A DNA stretch of 64,000 nt, taken from assembly GCA_964035545.1 (NCBI GenBank), contig OZ037765.1:13898698-13962697 (forward strand), in the 5' to 3' direction. The position numbers and the translations under genes were made by a program. Under the pieces are notes generated by a model, which did no database searches, was not told where the DNA came from, and saw only the letters and a program-made list of their open reading frames with translations. This document shows, in pieces, positions 38,401-49,048 of this stretch (positions are counted from its first letter, which is position 1; each line of letters opens with the position of its first letter). The stretch comes from Bugula neritina (Eukaryota > Animalia > Bryozoa).

Positions 38401-39662
38401 TTCTCCCGGGCATCTGCATCTAGCTCAACCTGCCAATAGCCGCTAGTTAAATCTAGAGTACTAAACACAGTACTCCTTCCAAGTGTATCTAGGCTGTCGT
38501 CGATACGTGGTAGTGGGAAGGCATCTTTGGAGGTTACTTCATTCAGCTTACGGTAGTCAACGCAGAATCGCCAGCTCCCGTCTTTTTTCTGCACTAGGAC
38601 TACGGGGGAACTCCACGCACCCTTTCCTTCCGAGATAAGACCTTGTGTCTGTAACTCCTTCACTTGTCGTTCTATCTCCTCTTCTTGGATGGGGCCATGT
38701 CTATAAGGGCGCTGCTTTATTGGCCTAGCGCTATCAATGAGTGGGATCTGGTGCCGAGTAAGATTTGTGCGTCCCAGGTCATACTTATCCATGCTGAATA
38801 TATCCTGGTGTCTTTGTAGGAGGAGTCTGGCCTTCTGCGTATCTCTTTGGTCTAAGTTAGTTTTCTGGAGAAGCTGCTCCAATTGTGGGGGAAGTGACCT
38901 GTAGTCAGGGGTGTTAGTACCAACATCATCAATCACTTGGGCTTGACTACAAGTGGCTATTGTCTTCCCTTGTGGAAGTTCTAGCGTATCGGAGGACATA
39001 TTGCAGGCCCTAACCCAAACGAAATTATCTCTGGGCTGATATATGGAAGCTGCAATGAGTAAATTCTTGTCGGGGCTACTTGCTTCTATGTAAGCGACTT
39101 GAGAGGTCCAGTGTCTGTTAATGTGGGCCGGAATCATCACCTCTGCGAGTGGGGGTATCTCTACATGACGAGCTAAATGAACATTAACACGTATTGGTCC
39201 ACCATACGCATCACAACAGTTTTGACTCTCACCAGAGTGTGTAAAACGTGCACCTTTGAAATCTAAGTGACAGCCATGTTGAATAAAAAAATCTAATCCC
39301 AACAAAATATGTTGCTGTAAATTAGCTACTAAGAAAGGTTGGGTGTAAGTTTTGCTTCCTATGCGGAGAGTAATAGTGGTGCTGCCTTCTATAGGTAGTC
39401 GGCTGCCGTCAGCTAGGACACCCTCTCCAGGGACTTTTTTCAGTGGGGTAGCACAACCCCGATTCAGTTGCTGGTATAGTTGAGTAGGAATAATGGATTT
39501 AGAACATCCGCTGTCCAGCAACAGAATGACATCGGTATAACTGATTCGTCCAGTGACGTAGTAAGCTGTGGCGTCTACACCAGCTTGCCTAGCGCCCAAA
39601 GGAATAAGTTGTTCAAGCCCGGCGTTGTATGGGGCTTCTAACGCCGGGCTGGACCATTTCCC
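35358..39662 (-). CDS. pol: Gypsy 2 Pol (PR-RT-RNase H-IN), expressed by -1 frameshift
   Basis: LLDSGCS protease, YLDD RT, ILDTDAS RNase H, HHCC, DLCGP/HSDQG/VVER integrase, KYVGPY; uninterrupted 1458-codon frame. Confidence 0.97.
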   Translation of the reverse strand, partial: GKWSSPALEAPYNAGLEQLIPLGARQAGVDATAYYVTGRISYTDVILLLDSGCSKSIIPTQLYQQLNRGCATPLKKVPGEGVLADGSRLPIEGSTTITLRIGSKTYTQPFLVANLQQHILLGLDFFIQHGCHLDFKGARFTHSGESQNCCDAYGGPIRVNVHLARHVEIPPLAEVMIPAHINRHWTSQVAYIEASSPDKNLLIAASIYQPRDNFVWVRACNMSSDTLELPQGKTIATCSQAQVIDDVGTNTPDYRSLPPQLEQLLQKTNLDQRDTQKARLLLQRHQDIFSMDKYDLGRTNLTRHQIPLIDSARPIKQRPYRHGPIQEEEIERQVKELQTQGLISEGKGAWSSPVVLVQKKDGSWRFCVDYRKLNEVTSKDAFPLPRIDDSLDTLGRSTVFSTLDLTSGYWQVELDADAREKAAFVTRSGLYEWEVLPFGLTSAPSTFERLMETALRGLHWKTLLIYLDDIIVFAPDVDTHIHRLEEVFNRLRAAKLKLKPEKCTLFAERVKYLGHIVSSQGVETDEEKIQAIKNWPRPQHKKDVRSFMGTCSYYRRFIKNFSEISRPLSQISSKNAQFNWTPECQQAFDLLRDHLTTAPILAYPDYALPFILDTDASAVGIGGVLSQVQNGQERVISYYSKMMSSEERNYCVTRQELLAIVKTITHFKPQLYGKPFTVRTDHASLTWLLRTPHPQGQLARWLETLAPYDFHIEHRRGKVHSNVDGLSRQFCKDCRQCNQMTKPASQDAPLPLSMYNSEKSIPCQQIMQPLPIPQQVPILAHLAQPSPTLHPTPQVLRTPKSVTRQESFIKNPTTQSIPSLLSLKTTWHGPMTNTFLSPTPQPHLARSWSNVINNSPPATFPTLSPTSTQQIPRSHLAYPSHMTQQVHTTSQLSKLQWEDPNLSVLMKAIQDNEPFDLKVQSRETVLLWRAKEHLILDLAGELKISGPGGRRRSVCPQSIRQSVIMSLHKEAHFAANKVLAALRLKWYWPGMTSQVRRLVAQCRDCQQAKGDNTVKRRADNHLYAGRPWQMVAIDLCGPLPETEDRNTMILVLTDHFTRWSDAIPLPDGKATTVARALDERVFAVFGIPEVVHSDQGSQFQSELFQACCNLWGCDKTQTSPYHPQGNSVVERLNRTVGNSLRALLIGHEHRPWDRLLPQIMRTLRATPHRITGETANYMMLGREARLPPDIHQPVTQPEYTEVEYVTDLQERMQAAGQMLRDRQNKLPRAEEDVEPLFKVGDKVWLKSFYKGRGRGTKLQPKYVGPYTITKTLPFQTYEMERQGRKSVQHEGRIKLVVGDVVSEKPSPSQKEGNSDPPATETVDTQLEEEYFDADDFSLIVPPALLVPDSEPVHPPPPVVEGDASHITPDSPIAQTPPRRSGRSRAMPPRYDDYVINEAHPDCRLRGRSPIKGEGDEEEATAVNSILSIPHIELK

Positions 39663-40588
39663 GTCTTGTGTATAGGGGTTGGAGGGTAAGGGCAGTTTCT
39701 GGCAAGATGTCCTATTTGCTGACATCTCCAGCATTGTCTAGTTTCTGCTCTAGGTGCAAAATTTCTGCGGGGACGTTGGTAAGTGGTTGAGTAGGTCCTT
39801 CTCTCCTGCACTGGGGGTAGCGCTTCCTCTCGGGCAGTTGCAACTGGTGTGGGGGGCTGTCGTACCTCGCGTACCAGGGTGAGCACCTCCTGCAGTACTT
39901 CTTGCTGCTGTTGCTGTTGTTTTTGAAAGCCTTCTAGTAAGGTCTGGGCCAAGTTGGGGGTAGAGTCCACGGTTTCACTGTTCATGTAGTTAATATTAGT
40001 ATTATCGTTGGTAAATGTATCGTAGATCTCCTTAATATCTTGTACAGTGGTAGGAGGTTTCACGCGTAGGGCCCACATAGCAGGGTGATTGGAAGGTATC
40101 TGTGTTAGCAGTTCTTTCACAGCCATCGCCTCCAACTCGTCTCCTCTTAGCTTAGGATGGGCAGTGGCTAATACCTTCTGTAGCTGGTTAATAAAAACGT
40201 TTAAATCCTCTCCTGGTTTATATCTCAGTTTCTTGAGCATATTGTAGGCTTGACTCTCTCTCAAGCCATACTTTTGTAATAGTTGCTGTCTGATCTCTGC
40301 TGCACGATCCGACATTACACATTTAGCAGCTTCCCCTCGCAATGCTAATTTCAGTCGAAGCCCACTCTCGTCTGATTCCCAGTTGTTGTGAGCTGCTATG
40401 CTATCAAATTGTTGCAAAAATGTATCTACGTCAGTAGTGCCGTCGTAAGTTGGAGCTGATATGGGCTGTTTTTTGGGCTGATTCATGCCAATCATTTGTG
40501 CTCGCAGTAGTTGCACCAATTGTTCATTGACTTCAGCTGTGGTAGCTAGTTTCTCGGTTGTAGGGGGCACATCTTTTGACTCGGCCAT
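39638..40588 (-). CDS. gag: Gypsy 2 Gag (316 aa) with CCHC knuckle
   Basis: APTYDGTTDVDTFLQQF; CWRCQQIGHLARNC. Confidence 0.96.
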   Translation of the reverse strand: MAESKDVPPTTEKLATTAEVNEQLVQLLRAQMIGMNQPKKQPISAPTYDGTTDVDTFLQQFDSIAAHNNWESDESGLRLKLALRGEAAKCVMSDRAAEIRQQLLQKYGLRESQAYNMLKKLRYKPGEDLNVFINQLQKVLATAHPKLRGDELEAMAVKELLTQIPSNHPAMWALRVKPPTTVQDIKEIYDTFTNDNTNINYMNSETVDSTPNLAQTLLEGFQKQQQQQQEVLQEVLTLVREVRQPPTPVATAREEALPPVQERRTYSTTYQRPRRNFAPRAETRQCWRCQQIGHLARNCPYPPTPIHKTGNGPARR

Positions 40589-40644
40589 CTTTAGTTTTAG
40601 GTTTTAGCTTTAAAGTTGGAGTTCGTCTAGTGTTAGTAGAAAAT

Positions 40645-40662
40645 ATCCCACCGCTGCCACCA
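40645..40662 (-). promoter_or_regulatory. Primer binding site (tRNA-Leu) of Gypsy 2
   Basis: Minus strand TGGTGGCAGCGGTGGGAT, exact complement of the tRNA-Leu 3' end ATCCCACCGCTGCCACCA. Confidence 0.9.
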
Positions 40663-40663
40663 G

Positions 40664-41655
40664 TGAAGAGTCAATTTTTGTTATAGTTGTCACTTAGGCC
40701 TACTCAATTATTTTAATGTTTGTTTAGATGTAATGTATGACGTGCTGATGTAGAGTAGCGCAAAGCAAAGCCAAGGTTAAGATGTTTGTTTGTAGCCGCG
40801 GTGTTGGATCGGGTAGTAGAACTGAGTAGTATAGTTCAAATCTCTATATTAATATCTACTATAACTATTATGTCGGAGTATGATAAAGGAAAGTGTTCAG
40901 TGAGACTAAAAATATTATGGTCTACTACTGCTCAGCTGTGGTTATGCGAATGTAAATGTCAGATTTTTATGCTATCTAAAACTATTACTATTTTAAGATC
41001 AGATGGGTATCAACACAGGAATTACTTTTTAATAACTTTGACACAAATATACGACTTACTTTCTACGAACAATTGAGATACTGGAATTGATTACGTTTTG
41101 TACACAGATTGATGCAATCACAAACAAAGAGAGAAGTTAATAATAATATACAATAGAATATGAACAAATTGAATAATATTTATATTCACTATAAGTTGAG
41201 TATAAGTATATTAATATAATATTATTGTAACACCAAAAATTAACTGCGCAGTTGATTCAGACAAAAAGACAGAACGATAAAACTAACAGTAATTAAAAAT
41301 GTAGAACTTTCCTTTAGTAAGTATAATATTATAACGGCTAAGGGCTAATTGCAAAATATAATAATCTTAGAAATCCGAAAGATGGCGATAGCGCCAAAAA
41401 CAACAATTATATCTATCAGTCTCAAAACCACTCCAACAACTGACTTGTTCGAGCAGCGGTTCTTATTTTTCTTGACTTTTTATCATGAGAAGGCAAGTTT
41501 TCTTTTAATGGCACATAGTAGTACAACTCCTACATTTACATATCGATCTTGATTTTACATATCTTCCTATTTGGGAGTTACCTCCTCGATTTCTTTATTT
41601 TAACTCGATGTGAGGTATAGACAATATGCTGTTAACAGCTGTAGCTTCCTCTTCA
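40664..41655 (-). repeat. 5' LTR of Gypsy 2
   Basis: 992-bp direct repeat of 34427-35418, adjacent to PBS. Confidence 0.98.
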
Positions 41656-41659
41656 ATAC

Positions 41660-42500
41660 TAATAGTGATAGTAAAACTAAATCAAAATTACTGAAAGTGT
41701 AATGCTATTACTATTAGTATTAGTATTACTATTACTAGTAGTAGTACACTGACACTGTACAGTACTACTAGTACTAGTAGTACTACTACTACTACTAGTA
41801 CTAGTAGTAGTAGACGTAGTAACTGTAACTTTGACACTAACAGTAACACTAACTTTAAGTATTAGTAGTAGCAGTAGTCGTGGAGCTACTGCTAGACATA
41901 GTCATACTCATAGCTTGAGTTATGCTGTAGTTTTATACTCAATTTATAGTAATAGTATTAGTATGATTAATACTATGTGTCATAGTCATATTTATAGTGA
42001 TTGTGACACCGGTGTTGATAATAATACTAATAGTGAATGTGATACTAATACTTACACTTACAGTGATATTGATACTGATAGTCATAGAGTTGGGCCATAG
42101 TGGTAGTGCTACAGTGCTAATAGTAGTACTAGTAGCAGTATTAGTAGGGGTTACTGTTGCATACACCAGTCGTTTCGTACACAAACTGTTGTACACAAAA
42201 TCAAAATGAATAATCATAATCATAATGAATTAACCCCAAATCCTAAGCTCAAATCATAAATTAAAATAAATATCCAAAAAGTATCACCAAAATATGTATT
42301 TTAGTTAATTTATATTGATGTGTATGAAACGACCTGAAAAGGTGGGTACTAAATGACTAGTGTACAAAAGAACCTGCACCCAGTAGTAGATGTAGTACTA
42401 GAGGTGGTCTTGGACCTAATAGTAATAGTAGTACTATTAATGTAAGTATTAGTAATACTACCGACTAGTATGAGTATTACTAACTCTAAGAGTAAGAATA
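41660..42500. repeat. Low-complexity AGT/ACT tract (continuation of 34110-34426), including a probable MITE remnant at about 42160-42380
   Basis: tagtagtactactact runs; inverted motifs GTCGTTTCGTACAC / GTGTATGAAACGAC. Confidence 0.6.
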
Positions 42501-42877
42501 AATTATTCTTAGTCTAACAGTAACATACAGTTAGTTTTACACAGAATTTGAATTCTAGTTTTACTAAACAATATGTGTGTTTGTTCCGTTTGATTATACT
42601 TGAAGGTTTTTGGTCAGCTACAAGTATTAGTTCTGGGTTCTTCATCAGCTACCAAAAATAATGAATACACAGCATAACATTTACTTGTAGTTTACTTGAA
42701 ACTGTATTTTTATGATAATGTAATGTGGTACAGCAAATAATTTGCTTCACTTCATATTGATAATACCCTAATTCTGATCACATTCTGAAATTTGGATTAT
42801 CTTTTACATGCACAGCTTGTTTTTATATCCATAAATGTCTCGAAGAATTTAAACATACTAAGTGAATAATATTTCAG

Positions 42878-45800
42878 ATGGGGAAACTTCATGAAACTAG
42901 TGACTATGAAGCAAGACGACTTAAAAATATTGCTGACAACAAAACAATGGTAATGTATATAATATACATGGCTAATCATTCTGTACATTAGACCAATAGC
43001 TACTTCTAGTATATTAAATCACTCATGAAGAAAGATTGTACAACTGTAATATTTTATGTGGTATTTATTCTGACATAGCTGGCCAAAATTATGGGTGATT
43101 TGCAAGGATGGAAACCAGGTGCTAAGAAAATTTCAAGAACAGTACCGAAGGACAAAATAAGTTCAACTCTCGAATACAACAAAAAACATTTGCGTCCTCG
43201 GTTTATTTCTAGTGATAGACCCATCAAATGCCGGCGTAATCCTGGCCGGGCTGCTAGGCCGGAAAATCTATTAGATGACACATCTAGGTGTCCAAATGTC
43301 AACCAAGAACATCTATCTAATGACCTTACTAGTCCAAAGGTACTAAGCAGTTTAAACTTTTTTTGTGAAGTTTTAAAAACTGTATTTGGTAAATGGAGAA
43401 ATGTTCAAGATGTAATTATATTTTAATATATTATAATTTGTCTCTCAGTCCCAATGACTTACTCATTTAAAGGTCTTCTGCCACTTAGAATTTTTTTGTT
43501 ACTTGAAAGCTTAAAACTCACTGATTCTTACCAACATAGTAGTTCATATCCTGTAGAAACACTGTCATCTTAAATGCAGAATCCCAGCAATACATTTTAA
43601 AAAATACAATTCAGCCATATGTAGTGCATGTGTGAGATGCAAGTTGTGTCCTCATATATATTTGACTCTTTTTCCTGATGCACAGTTCTTTATATTTAGA
43701 AAGGCAATGAATATCGAGCCTTTCAATAAAGCAAAACAATGCTTTGTGGCTGAAGATGTTTAAGTTACAGTAATCTTTAGTTGTATATATGTTATTTATA
43801 TATATTGTATATGCTATATGCAATGTATATGTTTTATATATGTTGTATATGCTATATGCAATGTATATGTTTTGTATATATTGTATATGCTATATGCAAT
43901 GTATTTTATTTATATGTTATCTATATATGTTGTATATGCTATATGAAATGTATATGTTTTACATATGTATATTTACATGTTGTATATGTTATATTATGTG
44001 TAGAGGTTTCTGGTAAAGTTCTCATTTGGTCAATCTCCTGCTGCTAATACTGAAGATAGTAACAGTGACACTCTGTCGCTGTATGATGAAAGTGAGAGTG
44101 AAAGTGAAGAAGAGTACTTATGGCAGCCCCCACCAAGACATGTAGCTTCTGCAAAGTTTTACAAGGTGCTTGATTTTTATATTTGACATTTTTAAATGTC
44201 GTTTTAAATACCATTTAAGAGAGCAGCCGTGGTCTAGGGGTTAAAGCGTTTGCCTAGTAAACACCAAGTCATGGGTTCGAACCCCACAAAGGCCATTGGG
44301 GATGTTAGGAAGAGCATTCAGCCATAATTGCTCCTGTGCCCCATCTGAATAAGTCCTTAGCCCGATTTAGCAAAAAACTATTTTCGTCAAGAGTTTTCTC
44401 ACAGGGATAGTGACTAAAAAGTTACGTGAGTTTCAAATAGTATTTACAAATGCTACAATTTCTAATATTTTCTATTTCAAGGAATTTAAATGCTCTTATT
44501 CTATAGTTTGAACTTATGTTTTAGGCAATAGAAGATATAAGTGAAGAAGATATAGCTGCTGTGGCTGATAAGACATCTGAAAAAGTTTACAATTCATCTT
44601 TAGTATGTTCTCTATTATCTACCAACTGTTAATGCGTTAGATTATAGTGCATATAAAAATCTTATTTTGTTTTTAATATATATTTTGATGAAATATGCAA
44701 CTATATTTGGATGTTTGACCGAACTGCTTTGCTAAATTATGATTTTTGCTTGTTTTTAAGGGATCAACTTGCCATCAATGTAGACAGAAGACTATTGACA
44801 CAAAGACTATATGTCGAAACAAAGAATGTACTGGCATTAGAGGCCAGGTATGTTATCTTTTTACATGTTGAGACTATTTGAATCTGTTGCTGCTCTTTGC
44901 TCAGATTTGGGCTTTTTAAATTTAAAGTTTTGTGCTTGATGGTATTATAAGCAGAATAGTTTACCTCCAGTTTGTAGTTTGACCAAATTTACAAGTTTTG
45001 TAGAATTTTTCTGAAAATAGTAACATGCTGTTTGTTATTTTAAAACCTAATGCGGGTTTTTTAAATTGTTTCGATTGTACCAGCCAGCCCTCTATCAATA
45101 GCAGTGTCTTGCGTTAACATACATTATTTGTAAATTAATATTTGCTTTCTGTTGAAATTGGTATTTGTGTGGACACTTGGAGTATAAAAACGCGTCTGCA
45201 TATATGAGTAAGTATCTGCAGTACTGAGAAAGGTTTCCCAGAATATGTATATGATAATTTAGTTGTGGGTTGATGGTTTATTTGTGACTAGTGAACACTA
45301 AACGGTGTTGTAATGGCCATCAGCTCATTCTCCTGTTAGCAATGTATTCGTTCTTTTCGTGTCACAATAAGCTTCTATTGTGTTCTGTGTCTCTTTTGCG
45401 TGGATTTGTGTCATGGAACATTTTCTTTTTACAGTTTTGTGGACCTTGCTTGAAAAACCGGTATGGGGAGGATGCTCGTGTTACTCTAGAAGATAGTAAG
45501 TGGATTTGCCCGCCGTGCCGCGGTATTTGCAACTGTTCTTTCTGCAGACGAAAAGCAGGTCGTGGTGCCACTGGAATTCTCATACACTTGGCTCGAGAAA
45601 ATGGATTTTCTGATGTGTCATCGTATTTGCAGAGGTATATTATATAAGAAATCACTGTTAATTCTTGCACAACATATCTGTCTGATATGGAAGCTTATGT
45701 GGTTTTCACCATGTTTATTGTCAGACAGAATTTTTATACCTTTTAAAGCCATGCCTTGCTTTCTGTTGTCTACAAATTTAAATAAACTTTTTCTATTTCA

Positions 45801-45992
45801 CTGTTAGCTGTGATTGAGCTACGTTTTGGAAAGTAGGATAAATGCTGAATAAATTTTACCAGCATTAGTTTGATGATACATTGCCTAATTTATTATAGAA
45901 GTAATGATTCAGAAAATTCTAGATATAAGCTTCATATTGTTATTCACATGCATGAAAATTTTTCTCTTTTCAGTTTCAACAAGAAGATATGA
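42878..45992 (+). CDS. CDCA7: Cell division cycle-associated 7 (zf-4CXXC_R1) (exons 42878-42949, 43079-43339, 44004-44165, 44525-44602, 44761-44847, 45435-45634, 45974-45992)
   Basis: [21 protein letters not shown]; [38 protein letters not shown]...[16 protein letters not shown]...[10 protein letters not shown]. Confidence 0.95.
43781..43995. repeat. Minisatellite, about 39-bp unit x about 5, in CDCA7 intron 2
   Basis: Repeating TATATATGTTGTATATGCTATATGCAATGTATATGTTTT. Confidence 0.85.
44219..44433 (+). mobile_element. tRNA-derived SINE, copy 2 (CDCA7 intron 3)
   Basis: A box GCAGCCGTGGTCTAGGGG, B box GGTTCGAACCC; imperfect TSD AAATACCATTTA / AAATAGTATTTA. Confidence 0.88.
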
Positions 45993-47505
45993 AGTCCTGC
46001 TGAAGTGAAGAGTTGACAGTTTTCATAGTGACATTAACCCCAATATTTTAACCATTTAAGCTGAATTATAGTACTAGTATATTTTATACAGAAAAGGATG
46101 TGCATATCCGTGACAATTGTAGTTGGGTCTATACTATATTTCTAATTTTCTATCATTCAGTAATCGGATATATAAATACAGTTTGTATAGTGCTTGACTA
46201 TATATTTTATTATCAGAGCAAATTTTTATAGTTGCCCTATTGGTGAATTTTGTTTTTTTTTCTTCTACCTTTTGTAATAATAAAATGTATATAGATCTTG
46301 ATTAGGTTCAATCCTAGTTCAAATAAAAAATTGTTCAGAATTCTGCTTTTTAAAACAGGTTAGTAATAAAGTATTATAAATCTATTAGTTCTGTATGTGG
46401 TTGCTATCTTTAAATTTGCAAACTGAACACACTTTCATAATGCTATTCAGCTCAGCAGTCCGGTTAATTAGTCAAATGTCTGTATAGCCTGTTAGTAGCC
46501 TAACGAAAATTCATGCTTGACCTAGAAAACGTTTTATGCTGTCAATGTACATCTCTACACTTGGTGTATACTATATTTCGATTTAGTATATGCAATTATG
46601 GAACATTATTTTCTAACTCAGTTTGCTATTTTACTAATGTTGAGAACTGACGATTTTTTATCACTGCCTCAGTTTTGGGTTCTTCTCATTAATAAAAGAT
46701 TTTGTGAAACAATCACAATGCACTAAAACAGCTGGGAAGTCATGCAACATCAATGTAAGAGAATGCAAATACATGGTGGATCTGAGCTTTGAGGGGAATT
46801 GTAATGTGATCATGTAACACAAATCTAGTGTTATTTGAAATAAAATTGTAGAAATGAAGGACGTGGTTAGACCATGAATATTCATCAATAATATATACTA
46901 GCTATAAATTTTTGCTGATGAATGTGTGTTGGCAAATGGTTCATTTCTGCTCTGCATGCATTTAATATATTTACACACCACACATCACACATATGAGCAT
47001 TGTCAGTTTTTGAAAAGAAAATAACATGCATTGGTGTTGTTTGGGGCAAAAACTAAAGTCCGAAAACTTCAATAAATTCTGTTGTACTTTGAACTTGAGT
47101 TTTGACCAAATGTTAAAACAGAAGTCAAGGCAAGTATTAAATCATAAAATTCAAGGTAGGTATCACCACTAATTCATTCCAACATGCAACATACTATAGA
47201 AAAGAGCTCGACATTTGCATACTTGTCACTCCCAACACTGCAACACAGAATCTAGAACATGACTGTGCTCGTTTTTAGTCACTTATACTAGCTCTCAATT
47301 GTCACTGCATGCCGCATGGTGTTTTCAAAATAATATGTTAGTTTTATGAGTTGGTATACGCCAAAGTGTATTTTTTAGATAAATCCAGATAATGCATAAG
47401 ACGATCATAAAATAAACTTTTGTAATGAAACTTTTTAATTTTTCATGACACCTTAATTACACCAATTATTCTTATTGACAAGTAACATTGCTTATATGTA
47501 TTTTT

Positions 47506-47747
47506 CGGTTATAGATAAAAGTGGCACAGGTAATAATAGCATTGGTAATAATGACACAAATGGAAAGTAGATAAAAATACCACAAGCTGATGTTAAACTT
47601 TCCAATACCCCAAACTCAAACCCCCAACCCTTAAAACCCAACCTCAAACTCTCATCCCCAAACCCAAAACCCCCATTCCAAACCCCCAACCCAAACCCTA
47701 ATTTGAAAGTGTGCCATTTTTACCTGTGCCATTTTTACCGCACACCG
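47506..47747. mobile_element. MITE with internal (CCCCAAA)-like repeats
   Basis: CGGT...AAAAGTGGCACAGGTAA versus TTACCTGTGCCATTTTT...ACCG; near repeat TATTTTT / TATTTGT at the flanks. Confidence 0.6.
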
Positions 47748-48498
47748 TATTTGTCAACAGAGAGCAAAAGTAAGACTATACAATGACTTTGAATTCATAA
47801 TATTAAAACCACTGCATAAAAGAACTATATGAAAATGTGGGTTGATTTAATCGTATTTACCATAGCACATAATAAATAATTATTGCACGTATAAAAATTT
47901 AGCCATGTTACATAACGAATAGGCTATATGAATTATAAAATAAATATATTAGATAACTCATTTATGCTATAATATCATGAAAAATAAAACTGCAAAAATA
48001 ATTATACACTATATATATGCTTTGTAAAGTTGTGCTGTTATAGTTTCTTTTATATAATCTATATGCCCTATTGGGTATTTTAGCATATATTATTTTTATA
48101 ATCAATTTATTATAGACTATTAGAAGTGTGTAAAACAAAATTTAAATAATGTGTTTTACACATATAGAATGTCACTATAAATAGTTTTATCGATTTTCAA
48201 CATATGACCTGCTTACCCAGACAAAGGCATATAACAAAACCTGCCCTAATCAATTTTTGTTGATGCCAATATAAATTAAATTATATAATATAGATATTAA
48301 AACATTACATGATAAAGTAATAGTAAAGTGTATATAAATTATGGCAGACAATAACATAGCGTAAGTATTTAATACAAATAATATAATGGCTGTGGGAAGT
48401 GTACCCCCCCCCCCCCAGTACTCCCTACCTAAGTACTTGCAGCAGAGCAGACATTGTATTATATTATGATGCATAAAAGTTCCAAGAAACTACAACTC

Positions 48499-48870
48499 TG
48501 TTATCGATGCTGTAATCCCATGCGACACTGCGTCACTCCCTGCGGTGATACCGCCGGAACCTTCCATCAGTGACCAATCAAGACTAACCTCTTGGATATA
48601 AACAGCGCCTTCCGGCACCCAGCCTCAGTCAGAGGATAACTGTCAGATAGACTAAGATAATATTGTGTAACTGTTCTATATGTGTTTACCTATTCTTTTG
48701 CGACTATTGATTACTTTATGTGTATCTAATTAGACTTTCAATACAGTTCTTTCATAAAAGTCAACTATTTCGGTTCTTCTCATAACCGCATAGTGAAGCA
48801 TGCAGCAGTAATTCGTGTGTACAATAATATCTACCCCACTTTAGTAGGGCATAAAACTACAACAATAACA
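48499..48870 (+). mobile_element. Probable solo LTR
   Basis: TGTTAT...ATAACA termini, GC-richer U3-like part, TATAAA at about 48597; no matching TSD found. Confidence 0.45.
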
Positions 48871-49048
48871 CACATAATATAAAATAGTATATTGAATATT
48901 TGAAGCATGAGTTTGCACCCTTGCAACTTGTATAATTTCATGCAAAGCGTGACCTTTATACACTTTATGGGGAGTTTTCATTTCTATCACGCGTTAAAGC
49001 GAAAACCGAACTATTGTTGACATTGACATTTACGCACAGGCTCTGATA

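Larger units (their letters stand above)
34427..41655 (-). mobile_element. Ty3/Gypsy LTR retrotransposon 2, apparently intact
   Basis: 992-bp LTRs with no mismatch seen, ATAC TSD (34423-34426, 41656-41659), perfect tRNA-Leu PBS, PPT AAGGGAGAGGGTGA, open gag and pol. Confidence 0.98.

Noticed and set aside
34549-41552. Duplicated 96-aa and 67-aa ORFs (34549/40786, 35112/41349)
   Set aside because: Identical only because they lie in the two LTRs; non-ATG starts and no recognisable motifs
41831-42223. Hydrophobic I/V/T-rich ORFs (also 16438-16662, 48965-49159, 49420-49665)
   Set aside because: Translations of low-complexity trinucleotide tracts
43781-44047. Cys/Tyr-rich ORFs or CRISPR-like repeat
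   Set aside because: Simple intronic minisatellite without unique spacers, in a eukaryotic genome
47587-47701. Telomere or interstitial telomeric array
   Set aside because: Degenerate, variable unit and enclosed by MITE TIRs
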